Positions 27,017 through 38,500 of a DNA stretch of 64,000 nucleotides are shown here, piece by piece (position 1 is the first letter of the stretch; every line of letters begins with the position of its first letter). The notes under the pieces were generated by a model that worked only from the letters and a program-made list of their open reading frames with translations, was not told the DNA's origin and made no database searches. The stretch comes from an uncultured virus (IMG/VR IMGVR_UViG_3300027963_000064) (lineage: Duplodnaviria > Heunggongvirae > Uroviricota > Caudoviricetes): the IMG/VR virus record IMGVR_UViG_3300027963_000064; one strand, 5' to 3'. Both the position numbers and the translations under genes were made by a program.

Positions 27017-27655
27017 ATGGAACCAGAGCTTCTGAAAGATTTTCACGACTATGGTGCCAACATTAACACCAGAGAAATCTTTCTACATAATCATTATCAC
27101 GCTGAAGATAATCAAAACCCCGGTGTTGAATATCGGATGTCTAATACATTTATTAAAAATCTTAGGGCGTTAGATCTTAGAAATAATAATCCAATAACTA
27201 TTCATATGCAGAGCGTTGGTGGAGAATGGTCAGATGGTATGGCAATTTTCGATGCAATATCGATGTGTCGCTCGTATGTTAGCATTATAGTATATGGACA
27301 AGCAGAATCTATGAGTAGCATCATATTACAATCTGCTGATTATAGATACATGACTAAGAACGCTTATTTTATGAGTCATTATGGTTCCACCGGTATTGAC
27401 GCTGACTATTTAAGTGTTCAAAACTTCGTTGACTACGAAAGACGGTGCGCCAGTGTGATGTTTGATTTATACGCTAAGAGATGCGTGGATGGTCAATTTT
27501 TTAAGGATAAGTTTGGTAAGAAGCCCAGTGAAAAACAAGTAAAACAATACCTTATTAGAAAATTGAAATCTGGCGATTGGTACATGAACGCAGAAGAAGC
27601 AGTCTATTACGGATTTGCGGATGCGATACTAACGGATTGGAATAGGAATGAGTGA
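27017..27655 (+). CDS. ClpP-like serine protease
   Basis: SVGG, AIFDAI, AESMSSII (Ser), MSH (His), DWYMNAEEAVYYGFAD. Confidence 0.85.
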   Translation: MEPELLKDFHDYGANINTREIFLHNHYHAEDNQNPGVEYRMSNTFIKNLRALDLRNNNPITIHMQSVGGEWSDGMAIFDAISMCRSYVSIIVYGQAESMSSIILQSADYRYMTKNAYFMSHYGSTGIDADYLSVQNFVDYERRCASVMFDLYAKRCVDGQFFKDKFGKKPSEKQVKQYLIRKLKSGDWYMNAEEAVYYGFADAILTDWNRNE

Positions 27656-29645
27656 AGCAAAGCTAAAGAAGATAGATGAAGCTTGGCTTGGGTTAGATTC
27701 TGTAGATACAGATTTATTTAATCCAATGTGTATTTTGCGACCAAGCGAAGATGACTTTCATTTAAAGCTCGCTTGGCTTATGACTAGGCCAGAGTATCTA
27801 TCGTTTTTTTGTCATCACATCTTAAACGTTCAGCTACTACCATCTCAGGCATTAGTGCTAGATGAAGTTTGGAATAGAAAATTTCCAATGCTTATTGCTA
27901 GTCGAGGATTTGGTAAATCTTTTATGCTATCTTTATATGCAATGTTAAGAGGTTTAGTTTTACCACGACGCAAAATTGTAGTTGTCGGTGCAGCATTTAG
28001 ACAGTCTAAGGTGCTTTTTGAATACATGGAAACTATTTGGCGCAACTCTCCAATGTTAAGAGATATGTGTGATTCCGATAGTGGACCAAGAAGAGATACA
28101 GATAGATGTGTAATGAGGCTTAATGAAAGCACCATTACATGCTTACCACTAGGCGACGGTCAAAAAATTAGAGGTCAAAGAGCCAATGATATTATCAGCG
28201 ATGAGTTTGCTTCTATTCCTAGAGATATTTTTGAAAATGTTGTTGCTGGTTTCGCCGCAGTTAGTGCTGATCCAGTGGCGAATGTTAAACGCCTTGCTGC
28301 AAAACAAAAAGCAGAAGAGCTAGGTATTATAATAGAAGATGAGAATGTGTCTTCAACACAATCTAAAGATAACCAAATTGTATTATCTGGAACTGCATAT
28401 TATGATTTTAATCATTTTGCAACATATTGGAAAAAGTGGAAAGCCATCATTAAGAGCCAAGGTAATCCTGCTAAACTAAGAGAAGTGTTTGGTGGAGAAG
28501 ATTATCCAGAAACGTTCGATTGGACACAGTATTCAATCATACGTATGCCATATGAGTTATTACCAAAGGGCTTCATGGACGCTGACCAAGTTGCAAGATC
28601 AAAAGCCACTGTTCATACTGGTATTTATCAAATGGAATATGGCGCATGTTTCACAAGAGACAGTCAGGGGTTCTTTAAGAGATCATTAATTGAGTCCTGT
28701 GTTATCTCTCAAGAGAATGAGATCAAAGACAGTAAAGGTACCCCAATTCATTTTGAGGCTAACTTGATTGGAGATGTAAATAAAAAATACATCTTTGGTG
28801 TTGACCCAGCTTCAGAAGTAGATAATTTTAGTATCGTGGTTCTAGAAGTCAATCCAGACCATAGAAGAATTGTTCATTGTTGGACTACAACTAGATCAGA
28901 ACATAAAGAAAAAGTCAAAAAGGGTTATTCCAATGAAACCGACTTCTATTCTTATTGCGCAAGAAAAATTAGAGATTTAATGTTGCTATACCCATGTGTA
29001 CATATCGCTATTGATGCTCAAGGTGGCGGCGTTGCCGTAACAGAATCTTTGCACGATCAAGATAAAATAAAGCCGGGAGAGCTTCCCATGTGGCCTACAA
29101 TTGATGATGATAAACCAAAAGATACTGACGGCGAACGCGGTTTACATATCATAGAGATGTGTCAATTTGCCAAGTACGAATGGTTATCAGAAGCAAACCA
29201 CGGAATGAGAAAAGATTTTGAAGACAAAGTTTTATTATTTCCATTCTTTGACGCTGTAAGCCTAGGTCTATCTACCGCACAGGATGATATTAAACACAGA
29301 ATGTTTGACACATTGGAAGAGTGCGTAATGGATATTGAAGAATTAAAAGACGAACTTTCTATGATACAAATGACTCAGACAAATAATGGGCGAGATCGTT
29401 GGGACACACCAGAGGTTGTTGTTGGCACTGGCAAAAAGAGCAAGATGCGTAAAGACCGTTATTCCGCACTATTAATGGCTAATATGGCCGCTAGGGTGTT
29501 ACAGAGAACTCCAGAACAAGAAGCTTACAACTTCTATGGTGGATTCGCAACTGGGCGCGGCGGTGGAGATAAGCCATCCTACGAAAATGAAAAACTTTAC
29601 ACTGGACCAAGCTGGTTTGCAGATCAAATGAAAGATGTGTATTAG
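27648..29645 (+). CDS. terL: Terminase large subunit
   Basis: Walker A ASRGFGKS, IRGQRA, Walker B IISDE, nuclease GVDPAS, C-terminal KDRYSA. Confidence 0.9.
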   Translation: MSEAKLKKIDEAWLGLDSVDTDLFNPMCILRPSEDDFHLKLAWLMTRPEYLSFFCHHILNVQLLPSQALVLDEVWNRKFPMLIASRGFGKSFMLSLYAMLRGLVLPRRKIVVVGAAFRQSKVLFEYMETIWRNSPMLRDMCDSDSGPRRDTDRCVMRLNESTITCLPLGDGQKIRGQRANDIISDEFASIPRDIFENVVAGFAAVSADPVANVKRLAAKQKAEELGIIIEDENVSSTQSKDNQIVLSGTAYYDFNHFATYWKKWKAIIKSQGNPAKLREVFGGEDYPETFDWTQYSIIRMPYELLPKGFMDADQVARSKATVHTGIYQMEYGACFTRDSQGFFKRSLIESCVISQENEIKDSKGTPIHFEANLIGDVNKKYIFGVDPASEVDNFSIVVLEVNPDHRRIVHCWTTTRSEHKEKVKKGYSNETDFYSYCARKIRDLMLLYPCVHIAIDAQGGGVAVTESLHDQDKIKPGELPMWPTIDDDKPKDTDGERGLHIIEMCQFAKYEWLSEANHGMRKDFEDKVLLFPFFDAVSLGLSTAQDDIKHRMFDTLEECVMDIEELKDELSMIQMTQTNNGRDRWDTPEVVVGTGKKSKMRKDRYSALLMANMAARVLQRTPEQEAYNFYGGFATGRGGGDKPSYENEKLYTGPSWFADQMKDVY

Positions 29646-29687
29646 TATTTAGACAATCCAATTAACAATCCAATTACAGAGAAAACC

Positions 29688-31769
29688 ATGAGCAATGAAG
29701 AAATGATAACGTGGAATGATGATGACGCATCCAGCAAAACAGACGCTTTTGCTAAATTTTCAGATAATATCTCATCATATGTAGGGTTGCCAAAAGCTCA
29801 AGGAAATCATTATCGCAATTTTGTCGATATTGAATCCAATAGAACTGTAAAACCCGGATTTAATCCTAGCGATTACTATGCTTTTCGTCCAGATGAAGCA
29901 GTTCCGCAGCAACAGCGCCGCGCTATTAAAATGTGCATGGACGCTTACGATAAAGTTGGCATTATTAGAAACATTATTGATCTCATGGGCGATTTTGGTA
30001 GCCAAGGCATAGAGATCGTACATCAAAACAGTAGCGTAGAAAAGTTCTATCAGCAGTGGTTTAGGAGTGTTAACGGTAAAGAAAGATCAGAGAGATTCTT
30101 AAATAATCTTTACAAAGCTGGCAATGTTATTATTTATCGTAGCTATGCTAACATGACTCCAGAATTAACAAAGTACATGAAAGCTTTATCTAAAGATATT
30201 AGAGTAGACGTTCCTACAGTTCCAGAGAACCAAATACCTTGGCGTTACAATTTCTTTAACCCAATGACTGTGAAAATGACAAACGGTAATCTATCGTTAT
30301 TCATGGGCGCGAAAGACTATACTCTATCAGCTAATACATTCTTGGACAAGTTTCCCAATGGGGATATTCCAAGCACAGTTCTTGATACATTACCAACAGC
30401 CATTAAACAAAGCCTTCAGAGAGGGGAAAAGCAAATCCCGCTAGATCAATCTAGACTAAGCGTATTTCATTATAAGAAAGATGATTGGCTACAATGGGCC
30501 AATCCTATGATCTATGCTATTTTAGATGACATTATCATGTTAGAAAAGATGAGACTAGCAGATCTATCTGCACTTGATGGTGCTATCTCTAATATTCGTC
30601 TTTGGACACTTGGTAGTCTTGAACATAAGATTCTTCCAAATAAAGCCGCAATTAACAAGCTAAGAGACATTTTAGCTAGTAACGTTGGTGGTGGCACAAT
30701 GGAATTAGTATGGGGTCCAGAGTTATCATTCCACGAATCAAATAGTGAAGTTTATAAGTTCTTAGGCTCAGAAAAATACACCGCAGTATTAAATAGTATC
30801 TATGCTGGCCTTGGCGTTCCACCAACTCTAACTGGAATGGCAACAAATGGTGGCGGCTTTACTAATAACTTCATTTCATTAAAAACTTTGGTTGAAAGAT
30901 TGCAGTACGGAAGAGATATGCTTGTAAAATTCTGGGAAAAAGAAATAGAAATAGTTAGAAAGGCTATGGGTTTTAGATATCGCGCCCATATTCAATTCGA
31001 CCAAATGAGCTTATCAGACGAGGCTACAGAAAAAAATCTCTTAATACAACTAGCAGACAGAGATATTATTAGCCATGAAACTATTCTTGAGAGATTTAAA
31101 GAAATACCGGAGATTGAGAAAATTAGACTTAAGAGAGAAACATCAGCGAGAGAAGAGGGTAAATCTGCTCCCAAGGCTAGTCCATATCACGATCCAAAGC
31201 ATAAACAAAATCTTGAAAAGATTGCTCTACAAAGTGGCAAGGTTACACCTCAAGACGTTGGGTTAAAAACTAGCGTTCCTAAAGATGTTTTAATACCAAG
31301 ACCTCCAGTAGCTCCAGCCGGTTCAGCCGCGCCATCAGCTAAACCTTCAAATAGCAATGGAAGACCACCGTTGTCTAATGATACTGGCCCAAGAAAGCAG
31401 CGCGTTGCTAACCCAAGATCAAAACCCGGAGTAGCAGAATTAGTAGTATGGTCTGAAACATCTTGGGAACAACTATCTGATATATTAACCAATGCTTATC
31501 TTAAGTCTAACAATAAGAAAAATCTTAGACAATTAACAAAGGCTGAAGTTAATAATCTAGAACAATTAAAAGTCGATGTTTTAACGAATTTACCACTACT
31601 TGAAGAAGTTAATGAACAAGTAATAGCGCAATTATTATCAGCTAACTCTAAGACACCGATAGATTTTGCAAAGCTGCTTAAAAATAACAACATTGTGCTA
31701 GAAGACATGCCAATTGACACTTATCGAAGAAGTGTTTTGGGTTTATACATAGAGCAAAATTTAACCTAA
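29688..31769 (+). CDS. Portal protein
   Basis: Follows TerL; size and helical content fit; GIIRNIIDLM, GLGVP motifs. Confidence 0.75.
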   Translation: MSNEEMITWNDDDASSKTDAFAKFSDNISSYVGLPKAQGNHYRNFVDIESNRTVKPGFNPSDYYAFRPDEAVPQQQRRAIKMCMDAYDKVGIIRNIIDLMGDFGSQGIEIVHQNSSVEKFYQQWFRSVNGKERSERFLNNLYKAGNVIIYRSYANMTPELTKYMKALSKDIRVDVPTVPENQIPWRYNFFNPMTVKMTNGNLSLFMGAKDYTLSANTFLDKFPNGDIPSTVLDTLPTAIKQSLQRGEKQIPLDQSRLSVFHYKKDDWLQWANPMIYAILDDIIMLEKMRLADLSALDGAISNIRLWTLGSLEHKILPNKAAINKLRDILASNVGGGTMELVWGPELSFHESNSEVYKFLGSEKYTAVLNSIYAGLGVPPTLTGMATNGGGFTNNFISLKTLVERLQYGRDMLVKFWEKEIEIVRKAMGFRYRAHIQFDQMSLSDEATEKNLLIQLADRDIISHETILERFKEIPEIEKIRLKRETSAREEGKSAPKASPYHDPKHKQNLEKIALQSGKVTPQDVGLKTSVPKDVLIPRPPVAPAGSAAPSAKPSNSNGRPPLSNDTGPRKQRVANPRSKPGVAELVVWSETSWEQLSDILTNAYLKSNNKKNLRQLTKAEVNNLEQLKVDVLTNLPLLEEVNEQVIAQLLSANSKTPIDFAKLLKNNNIVLEDMPIDTYRRSVLGLYIEQNLT

Positions 31770-31817
31770 AAACACACTTATTTCTGATTTTGTGTATATT
31801 GTTTTGAGAGGAAATAT

Positions 31818-33254
31818 ATGAAAATATTTAAACAAGAAGTGCTAGATGGTGTCGCTGACAAAGTGCAGGCCGATACTACAGTCGCTTATTGCTCTCAGGC
31901 GGTTGTTTGTACAGCAAATCCAGAAGTAGCTCATAAGATTCAAGCCAGCGCAAACCCCAAGCAAATCGATCTATACTATATTAAATCAATCTTGGTATCA
32001 ACCGGCTGGAATAAAAATGACGATGTATTTGCTCCAGAACAAACTTGGGCTGCTAGGACTACGCCAGAAGATAAGCAATTCAATTTCATGCATAATGAAA
32101 ATGATATTATTGGACATATTACTGGCAGTTACGTTGTTGACCGACAGGGCGCAACAATAGCAGCAGACACAGAAACCGCACCATCCGAATTCGACATTAT
32201 AACAGAAGCAGTTCTATATAATAGTTGGACAAATCCCGACAATCGGGAAAGAATGCAAAAGATCATTGACGAAATCGAACAAGGTAAGTGGTTTGTTTCA
32301 ATGGAATGTTTATTCGCGGGTTTTGATTACGCGCTAATAGACCAACAGGGCAATCCAAAAGTCATAGCAAGGAATGAACAATCATCATTCTTAACTAAAC
32401 ACTTGAGAGCCTATGGTGGCACAGGTGAATATGAGGGCTACAAGGTAGGCAGATCATTAAGAGATATTTCTTTTTCTGGTAAGGGATTAGTTTCTAGACC
32501 AGCTAACCCAAGAAGCATTATCCTTGATTCAAGCAGAGCCTTCCTCGTAAATAAACAAGACGATGTTATTTTAAATGTACCTAAAGGAGAAATTCAAATG
32601 TCTGATACCAATTTAGAGCAGATTGTTAACGAAGCTCCAAGCGAGTTAACTGCTGCGACAGAATCAAATGAGGTAATTAGCACACCAGTTGAAGAAGTTA
32701 CTCCCAATTATGCGGAAACAATTTCAGCACTTGAAGCTAGCCTCACAGAAAAAACAGAAGCTTTTAAGGTTCTTGAAGAGACACTTAAGGCTCATGAAAC
32801 TGCAATCAAAGAACTACAAGATGCACTCGCCGCTAAAGACGCCGAGATGATGGATATGAAGAAGAAAGAGAAGAACAGAACACGTAAGGATCAGCTTATG
32901 GCTTCAGGTTTTGAAGAAACAGAAGCTGATGAATCTCTTTCTCTATACGAAAACTTAGATGATAAGTCTTTCGAAGCCATTGTAGCTATGTACAAGAAAA
33001 AAATGGCTAAAATGTCTCCCAAAACTATGACCAAGAAAGAATTGGTCAAAGACGAACAAGATGAGGAAGAAACCAATCCTAAAGCTGCCGTAGTTGCTTC
33101 TGAAGAAACAACAGAAGAAGTAACCGAAACACTTTTTGATGGTGTAAGCTCAACCGAGGCTGCTTTAGTAGATGCTTCTGACGCAAATGATGAACTTCAG
33201 GCCACAAGAGCTAGTGTAGCTCAGTGGTTAACCGAAAACGTACTACGTAAGTGA
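31818..33254 (+). CDS. Prohead protease/scaffold fusion
   Basis: WNKNDD, FMH, VSMEC, GLVSRPANP N-domain plus acidic coiled-coil tail; lies between portal and capsid. Confidence 0.7.
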   Translation: MKIFKQEVLDGVADKVQADTTVAYCSQAVVCTANPEVAHKIQASANPKQIDLYYIKSILVSTGWNKNDDVFAPEQTWAARTTPEDKQFNFMHNENDIIGHITGSYVVDRQGATIAADTETAPSEFDIITEAVLYNSWTNPDNRERMQKIIDEIEQGKWFVSMECLFAGFDYALIDQQGNPKVIARNEQSSFLTKHLRAYGGTGEYEGYKVGRSLRDISFSGKGLVSRPANPRSIILDSSRAFLVNKQDDVILNVPKGEIQMSDTNLEQIVNEAPSELTAATESNEVISTPVEEVTPNYAETISALEASLTEKTEAFKVLEETLKAHETAIKELQDALAAKDAEMMDMKKKEKNRTRKDQLMASGFEETEADESLSLYENLDDKSFEAIVAMYKKKMAKMSPKTMTKKELVKDEQDEEETNPKAAVVASEETTEEVTETLFDGVSSTEAALVDASDANDELQATRASVAQWLTENVLRK

Positions 33255-33273
33255 TTTAAAAGGAGAAATAATT

Positions 33274-33744
33274 ATGGCCCTAAAATCAGATCGATATGAA
33301 CTTCAGACAGATATTAGTTTCTTTTACAATGCCGGTACTGCTACTCGCGGTGGCGTCGTTGTACATGATACTACGGCTGGCTCTGGCGCAGCAATGGATC
33401 AAGGTGTTAACCTTGTGAAGTATGCAGCCGTAACAGCAGCTAGTCGCCCAGTAGGTGTTCTTCTTAACGACGTTGTTAATAAGGATCTTACTCGCACCCA
33501 TCTAAATCAGTATAAGGATGAAGTGCAAAAGGGTGGCAAGGTGACTGTTCTCCGCAAGGGGTACGTTGTTACTAATAACATCACAGGCACTCCAGTTGCC
33601 GGTGATGCAGCTTATGCTTGCCATGTAACCGCTGGTAATCTCCGTCCCGATTCTCCCGGTAGCTCTGGTGTGCTACAAGTCGGTCGCTTCCTTACAAGTA
33701 AGGATGCTGACGGTTATGCTAAAGTAGAAGTCAACCTACCCTGA
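33274..33744 (+). CDS. Capsid decoration/cement protein
   Basis: Directly upstream of the MCP; strong RBS; high-expression codon bias. Confidence 0.65.
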   Translation: MALKSDRYELQTDISFFYNAGTATRGGVVVHDTTAGSGAAMDQGVNLVKYAAVTAASRPVGVLLNDVVNKDLTRTHLNQYKDEVQKGGKVTVLRKGYVVTNNITGTPVAGDAAYACHVTAGNLRPDSPGSSGVLQVGRFLTSKDADGYAKVEVNLP

Positions 33745-33774
33745 ACTAAATAAATTCTAAAAGGAGAATTAAAC

Positions 33775-34782
33775 ATGCCAGAAAACAAAAGACCTAGTGA
33801 CGAATTTATCGCTCTCCTACGCAAGTCTGGGGATGCCGATATCAATGTAGCTGCGGCTGCTCAACGTGAGTTTGCCAAGGCTCTAGAGCTTCCTCTTCGT
33901 AAGGGCGTTCTAGTTGGCAATATCCTTGGTGATATTTTCGAAACCATCAACGTGGAAGCCGGTTCAACAACCGAATTCCCACTCGACCTAGTTTCTCCCG
34001 GCCTTGAAGGTGAGCATGTCGCTTACACCAATCCCGGCCACGGTAGAATTCCAGAGCGCAGTGTCGAAGGCGACTACGTGATGATCCCCACCTACACAAT
34101 CGCTTCATCGGTTGACTATCTTCTTCGCTATGCACGCGAAGCCAGATGGGATATCGTTGCTCGCGCCATGCAGGTGATGGAAGCTGGTTTCACCAAGAAG
34201 ATGAATGATGACGGCTGGCACACTCTTCTCGCCGCTGGCGTTGACCGCAATATCCTCGTCTATGACGGTGATGCAACTGCCGGTCTATTCAGCAAGAGAC
34301 TAGTTTCACTCATGCAGACTGTCATGCGTCGTAACAGCGGTGGTAACTCCGCTTCTATCGGTCGTGGCCGTCTAACAGATATCTACGTGTCACCAGAAGC
34401 TCTAGAAGATATTCGTAACTGGGGTTTTGATCAAGTTGACGAAACAACTCGTCGTGAGATCTATACCGCTCCCACAGGCGGCGCTCCAATCACACGTATC
34501 TTCGGTGTGAATCTACGTGACCTAGACGAACTAGGCGAAGGTCAGGAATATCAGTCGTTCTTCGTGAACGAACTTGGCGGTGCAGTGCAAGCTAGCGACC
34601 TTGAACTAGTCGTTGGTCTTGACCTCTCCACAAGAGACAGCTTTGTTATGCCAGTTAAGGAGCAGCTACAGGTGTTTGAAGATCCCACTCTTCATCGTCA
34701 GCAGCGCGCCGGTTACTACGGCTGGGCAGAGCTTGGCTTTGGTGTTCTAGACAATCGTAGAGTGATCCTAGGCTCATTCTAA
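33775..34782 (+). CDS. Major capsid protein (HK97 fold inferred)
   Basis: 335 aa, position, strong RBS and codon bias, followed by a terminator. Confidence 0.8.
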   Translation: MPENKRPSDEFIALLRKSGDADINVAAAAQREFAKALELPLRKGVLVGNILGDIFETINVEAGSTTEFPLDLVSPGLEGEHVAYTNPGHGRIPERSVEGDYVMIPTYTIASSVDYLLRYAREARWDIVARAMQVMEAGFTKKMNDDGWHTLLAAGVDRNILVYDGDATAGLFSKRLVSLMQTVMRRNSGGNSASIGRGRLTDIYVSPEALEDIRNWGFDQVDETTRREIYTAPTGGAPITRIFGVNLRDLDELGEGQEYQSFFVNELGGAVQASDLELVVGLDLSTRDSFVMPVKEQLQVFEDPTLHRQQRAGYYGWAELGFGVLDNRRVILGSF

Positions 34783-34815
34783 TTGTAAAAGCTATATAAT
34801 TTAGCTTAATCGATT

Positions 34816-34848
34816 AAGCCACCCTCGTTTACTTGGGGGTGGCTTTTT
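34816..34848 (+). terminator. Rho-independent terminator
   Basis: AAGCCACCCTC-loop-GGGGGTGGCTT followed by a T run. Confidence 0.85.
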
Positions 34849-34901
34849 CGTGTATATACCAATAGATTGTAAGTTCAGGACTCATTTTTCAGGAGACAAA
34901 T

Positions 34902-35585
34902 ATGGCCGCAATATCGGACTACCTTGAAGCAAAAATATTGAATCATATCTTTAGAAGTGAGGAATTTGTAAAGCCTTCTTCTATATCTATAGCTCTCACT
35001 AGTAGTGTTGCATTAGATTCAAATACTGGCGCTACACTCCCAGAATTACCAACCGGCGTTGCTAGAGGCTCTACAAACGTCACTACTGGTTATTCAAGAA
35101 GAGATCTTGGAGCGCCCTCTGGCGTTGGTGATGCTACATGGTTTTCTGTTGGCGTTGATACTACAACAGTATTTCAAGTATACAGTCAAGAAGTTGGCAA
35201 TAGTGGATATTTTTATCCTATCTATTTATCCAGATCTGTAGCTGAAGCAGCAGATGTTAATGGAAATTCTAATACATATACTTTTCCACGAACATTTCCC
35301 GGCGTAAATTTTTATGCACCAAGAGCTATTGCAGTCTCTGGTAGCGCAATAGATCCCGGATATGTACAGTATGATGGAAATGGATTTATTAAAAATCAAA
35401 ACCAAATAGTATTTGATACTGCCCTTTCTGATTGGGGTTGGGTTTCTGGAGTTGCTGTATTAGATAGTTCAGTTGCTGGTCAAGGCAATGTGTTAATGTA
35501 TGCGGCTCTTAAAAATCCAAGATATATCTACACTGGCGACAATATCAAGTTTGATCCTAAGTCACTTGAAATTAGCCTCAAGTAA
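34902..35585 (+). CDS. Virion structural protein
   Basis: SDYLEAKILNH...GY.R...WG.V...GN.L motif common in phage virion proteins. Confidence 0.65.
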   Translation: MAAISDYLEAKILNHIFRSEEFVKPSSISIALTSSVALDSNTGATLPELPTGVARGSTNVTTGYSRRDLGAPSGVGDATWFSVGVDTTTVFQVYSQEVGNSGYFYPIYLSRSVAEAADVNGNSNTYTFPRTFPGVNFYAPRAIAVSGSAIDPGYVQYDGNGFIKNQNQIVFDTALSDWGWVSGVAVLDSSVAGQGNVLMYAALKNPRYIYTGDNIKFDPKSLEISLK

Positions 35586-35599
35586 GAAAGTTCTAAAAA

Positions 35600-38500
35600 A
35601 TGATTCTATCAAAGCCACAACTGGTAGAAAATATAGCTAGAGAGATATCAGATAATTCAACTGGTCAAATTTCACCACATGATATTAGACATAACCTGTT
35701 AGATATAATTGATTCAGTTCATTTATTGACAGGTTCACAGAATCTTAGAGCAAAAAACTTTGATACGATAGATGTAAGATCTACCAGAGCCGGTGATCTT
35801 ACTCTACAAAAACTTGGTCTAGATGGATATTTTTCTGTAGATAATTCAGCTTTTGGATTTTCTGCATTAAATTCCAACTATCAAGGATCAAAAAATACTG
35901 CTATAGGTTCTTATTCTTTAAGTTGTAATATCTATGGTGAAGACAACGCCGCGCTTGGTTATCACGCTCTAGCTGGTAATACTAATGGCTTTGGTAATAT
36001 TGGTATTGGAAGCTATAGTCTTCACAATAACAAGATTGGTAATTTCAATATAGCTATAGGACATGGTGCTGGTTACTATGTTAATAGAGATACCAATAAT
36101 AGATTGTTCATTGCCTCTCACCCTATTGATGAAACTTATCTATGTGGTAATCCAGATGGGATAGGATTGGTTCCTCTCATTCAAGGAGATATGTCTTCTG
36201 GAAACCTTAGAGTTGGTATCGCAGTTTCTGGACTCCATGAAGGTGCCACTCTTCAAATTAGTGGTCATTTTCATCCTTCTGACTCTCTTCAATCTTTTGA
36301 TATAGGTCACGGAACTTATAGATGGCGCAATATTTACTTATCACAAACTCTATCATTCCCAAATAGTAATTATATTACTTATGACAATGCTGGGAATAAG
36401 TTTTTAATAAGTAGTAAAACCGTTATTGGCGGTCCAGCATCTATAGGTGGAGATACGGATGTTAGTGGTAATTTAGTAGCCACTGGACACGCCGATTTCG
36501 GTAGCTATATGAATGTTGGTGGTAAACTAGATGTCAATGGCAGAATAGATGTTAGTGGAAGTTTTAAACCAAAAGTATCTAGTGCTTTTAATTTGGGAGA
36601 CTTTGATAAACGCTGGTTAAACGCCTATGTAGATAATATTTATGTTAGTGGCGTTGGTAGATTTAAACGATTTGAAGCAGTAGAACAGGCACACTATTTA
36701 CACAAAACAGTACACCTAGCATCTAGTGGTTATATTAACACTATTGATGGTGGTGGTCCAAACGGTCTATATGATTACTATAACCCAAATGAAGAAAACG
36801 TTTTACCAGTTGGGTATTTAATTGACGAAGAACTCAATGGCGCTGGTTTTAATGTAAGATCACGCGGTGTTGATTACGAAAGAACTTACGAGTTTACTTT
36901 TCACTCTCAAGACTCAGCATTAAAAAATCTATCAATAGACAACCCCTATTCACGTTCTTATTGGAATTCTAATATTAGCATTCATACTAATTCTGGTTGT
37001 CACATTAGAACAGATAGAATTATAAATAGCGATGTTATTGCGGCAGTAACATACAACGATGGGCTTGGTTATTTCATCGCAAGAGGAAAGACCTACTCAA
37101 CAAATGAGCATAATTTAAGTAGCAATTTAGCTGGCATTGGTAATGTTAACTTTATAGCACATTCTGGCGAACAAGACAAATATACTATCACATTCGCAAG
37201 TCCAGCTTCTGGCGTAAATATTAACCAAAGACTTCTATCAAACGTTAAAATTAAAGCTATCGATCAAGAGACTAATAAAGAAAAGTTAACTGGTTTTGAA
37301 ACATCTTATATTTCAGATTCTCAACTTACACAACCAATATTTTTCAATGAACAAGTAGGACAAAATCCAAGTAGACTTGTTATTAAGTCATACAATAATT
37401 CTTCGTATGCCAAACGTTCTTTTACTCTACTTCAAGATGCTGCTGATGGATTTGTTGGAATAAGCAATTTTGGATATTCCGACAACATGCTTCCAGATAC
37501 TATTCTAAACATAAGAAGTACCGGCAATGCTATCATTAGAGCTACCGCAGAAAACCAAGGCTCTACAGTTTCTGCTTTACAATTACTTGGTAAAGAAAAT
37601 TGCTTAAAGTATGGTACAGAATTAGAATATCTCAATAATAGCGGGATGTTTAATATCAATATCTATAGCGATGAAAACAAAATAAGTTTTGTTAAAGCTA
37701 TGGATAGTGGACGAGTTAGCATTTTTAATTCTGGTATTCCACATGCAATGGTCACTGTTGGCGATAGAGATAACCAAGAAGCTGTACTTAGTTTATACCA
37801 CTGTTCTGGCATACCTTCTGGATATGCTAATTACGCACAAGTTTTCACCAAAGCAAAATCAGACGCATCACAAGCTTCTTCTTTAAATTTTGTGGATGCA
37901 AGTGGTAATATTTTTGAAGTTGTAATGAACTCTATAGATATTGGCGGTCAAAATCTAGACAAGCCATTACTAGCAGATAATTCTGGAAATACATTTGGTG
38001 GTAGATTCTCTCCAAATAGCAAAGCTAATTTGGCAATGTCAACTAATAATACCGCTTTAGGATATAGAGCGTTATCATACATAGCTGGCGGCAACAACAA
38101 TACGGCAATTGGATACAATGCTGGCAGCGGCATTAGCACCGGCAGTAATAATGTTATCCTTGGCTATAACTCTGCTAGATCTATAAAAAATGGATCTAAT
38201 AACATAGTCATTGGAAATAATTTATTAAACACCTATCCTTCTGGAAGTAGCAACAATTTTGTACTTGGATCAGACAACAATATTTTGATGTCTGGTAATT
38301 TAACAACTAAGAATATGATTATGCCAGAAGGCAAACTATTCTTAACTAATACATCAAACGAAAGCATAAAAGTACAGGCTAATCTTATTGAAGTCATTGA
38401 TAGCGGTGGCAGCAACTATCCAGACAACAAGCTTGTATTTAAGTTTAGTGGTAATAACTCTTCTGATCTATTAAAACTAGATCACAACGCTAATCCAGTA

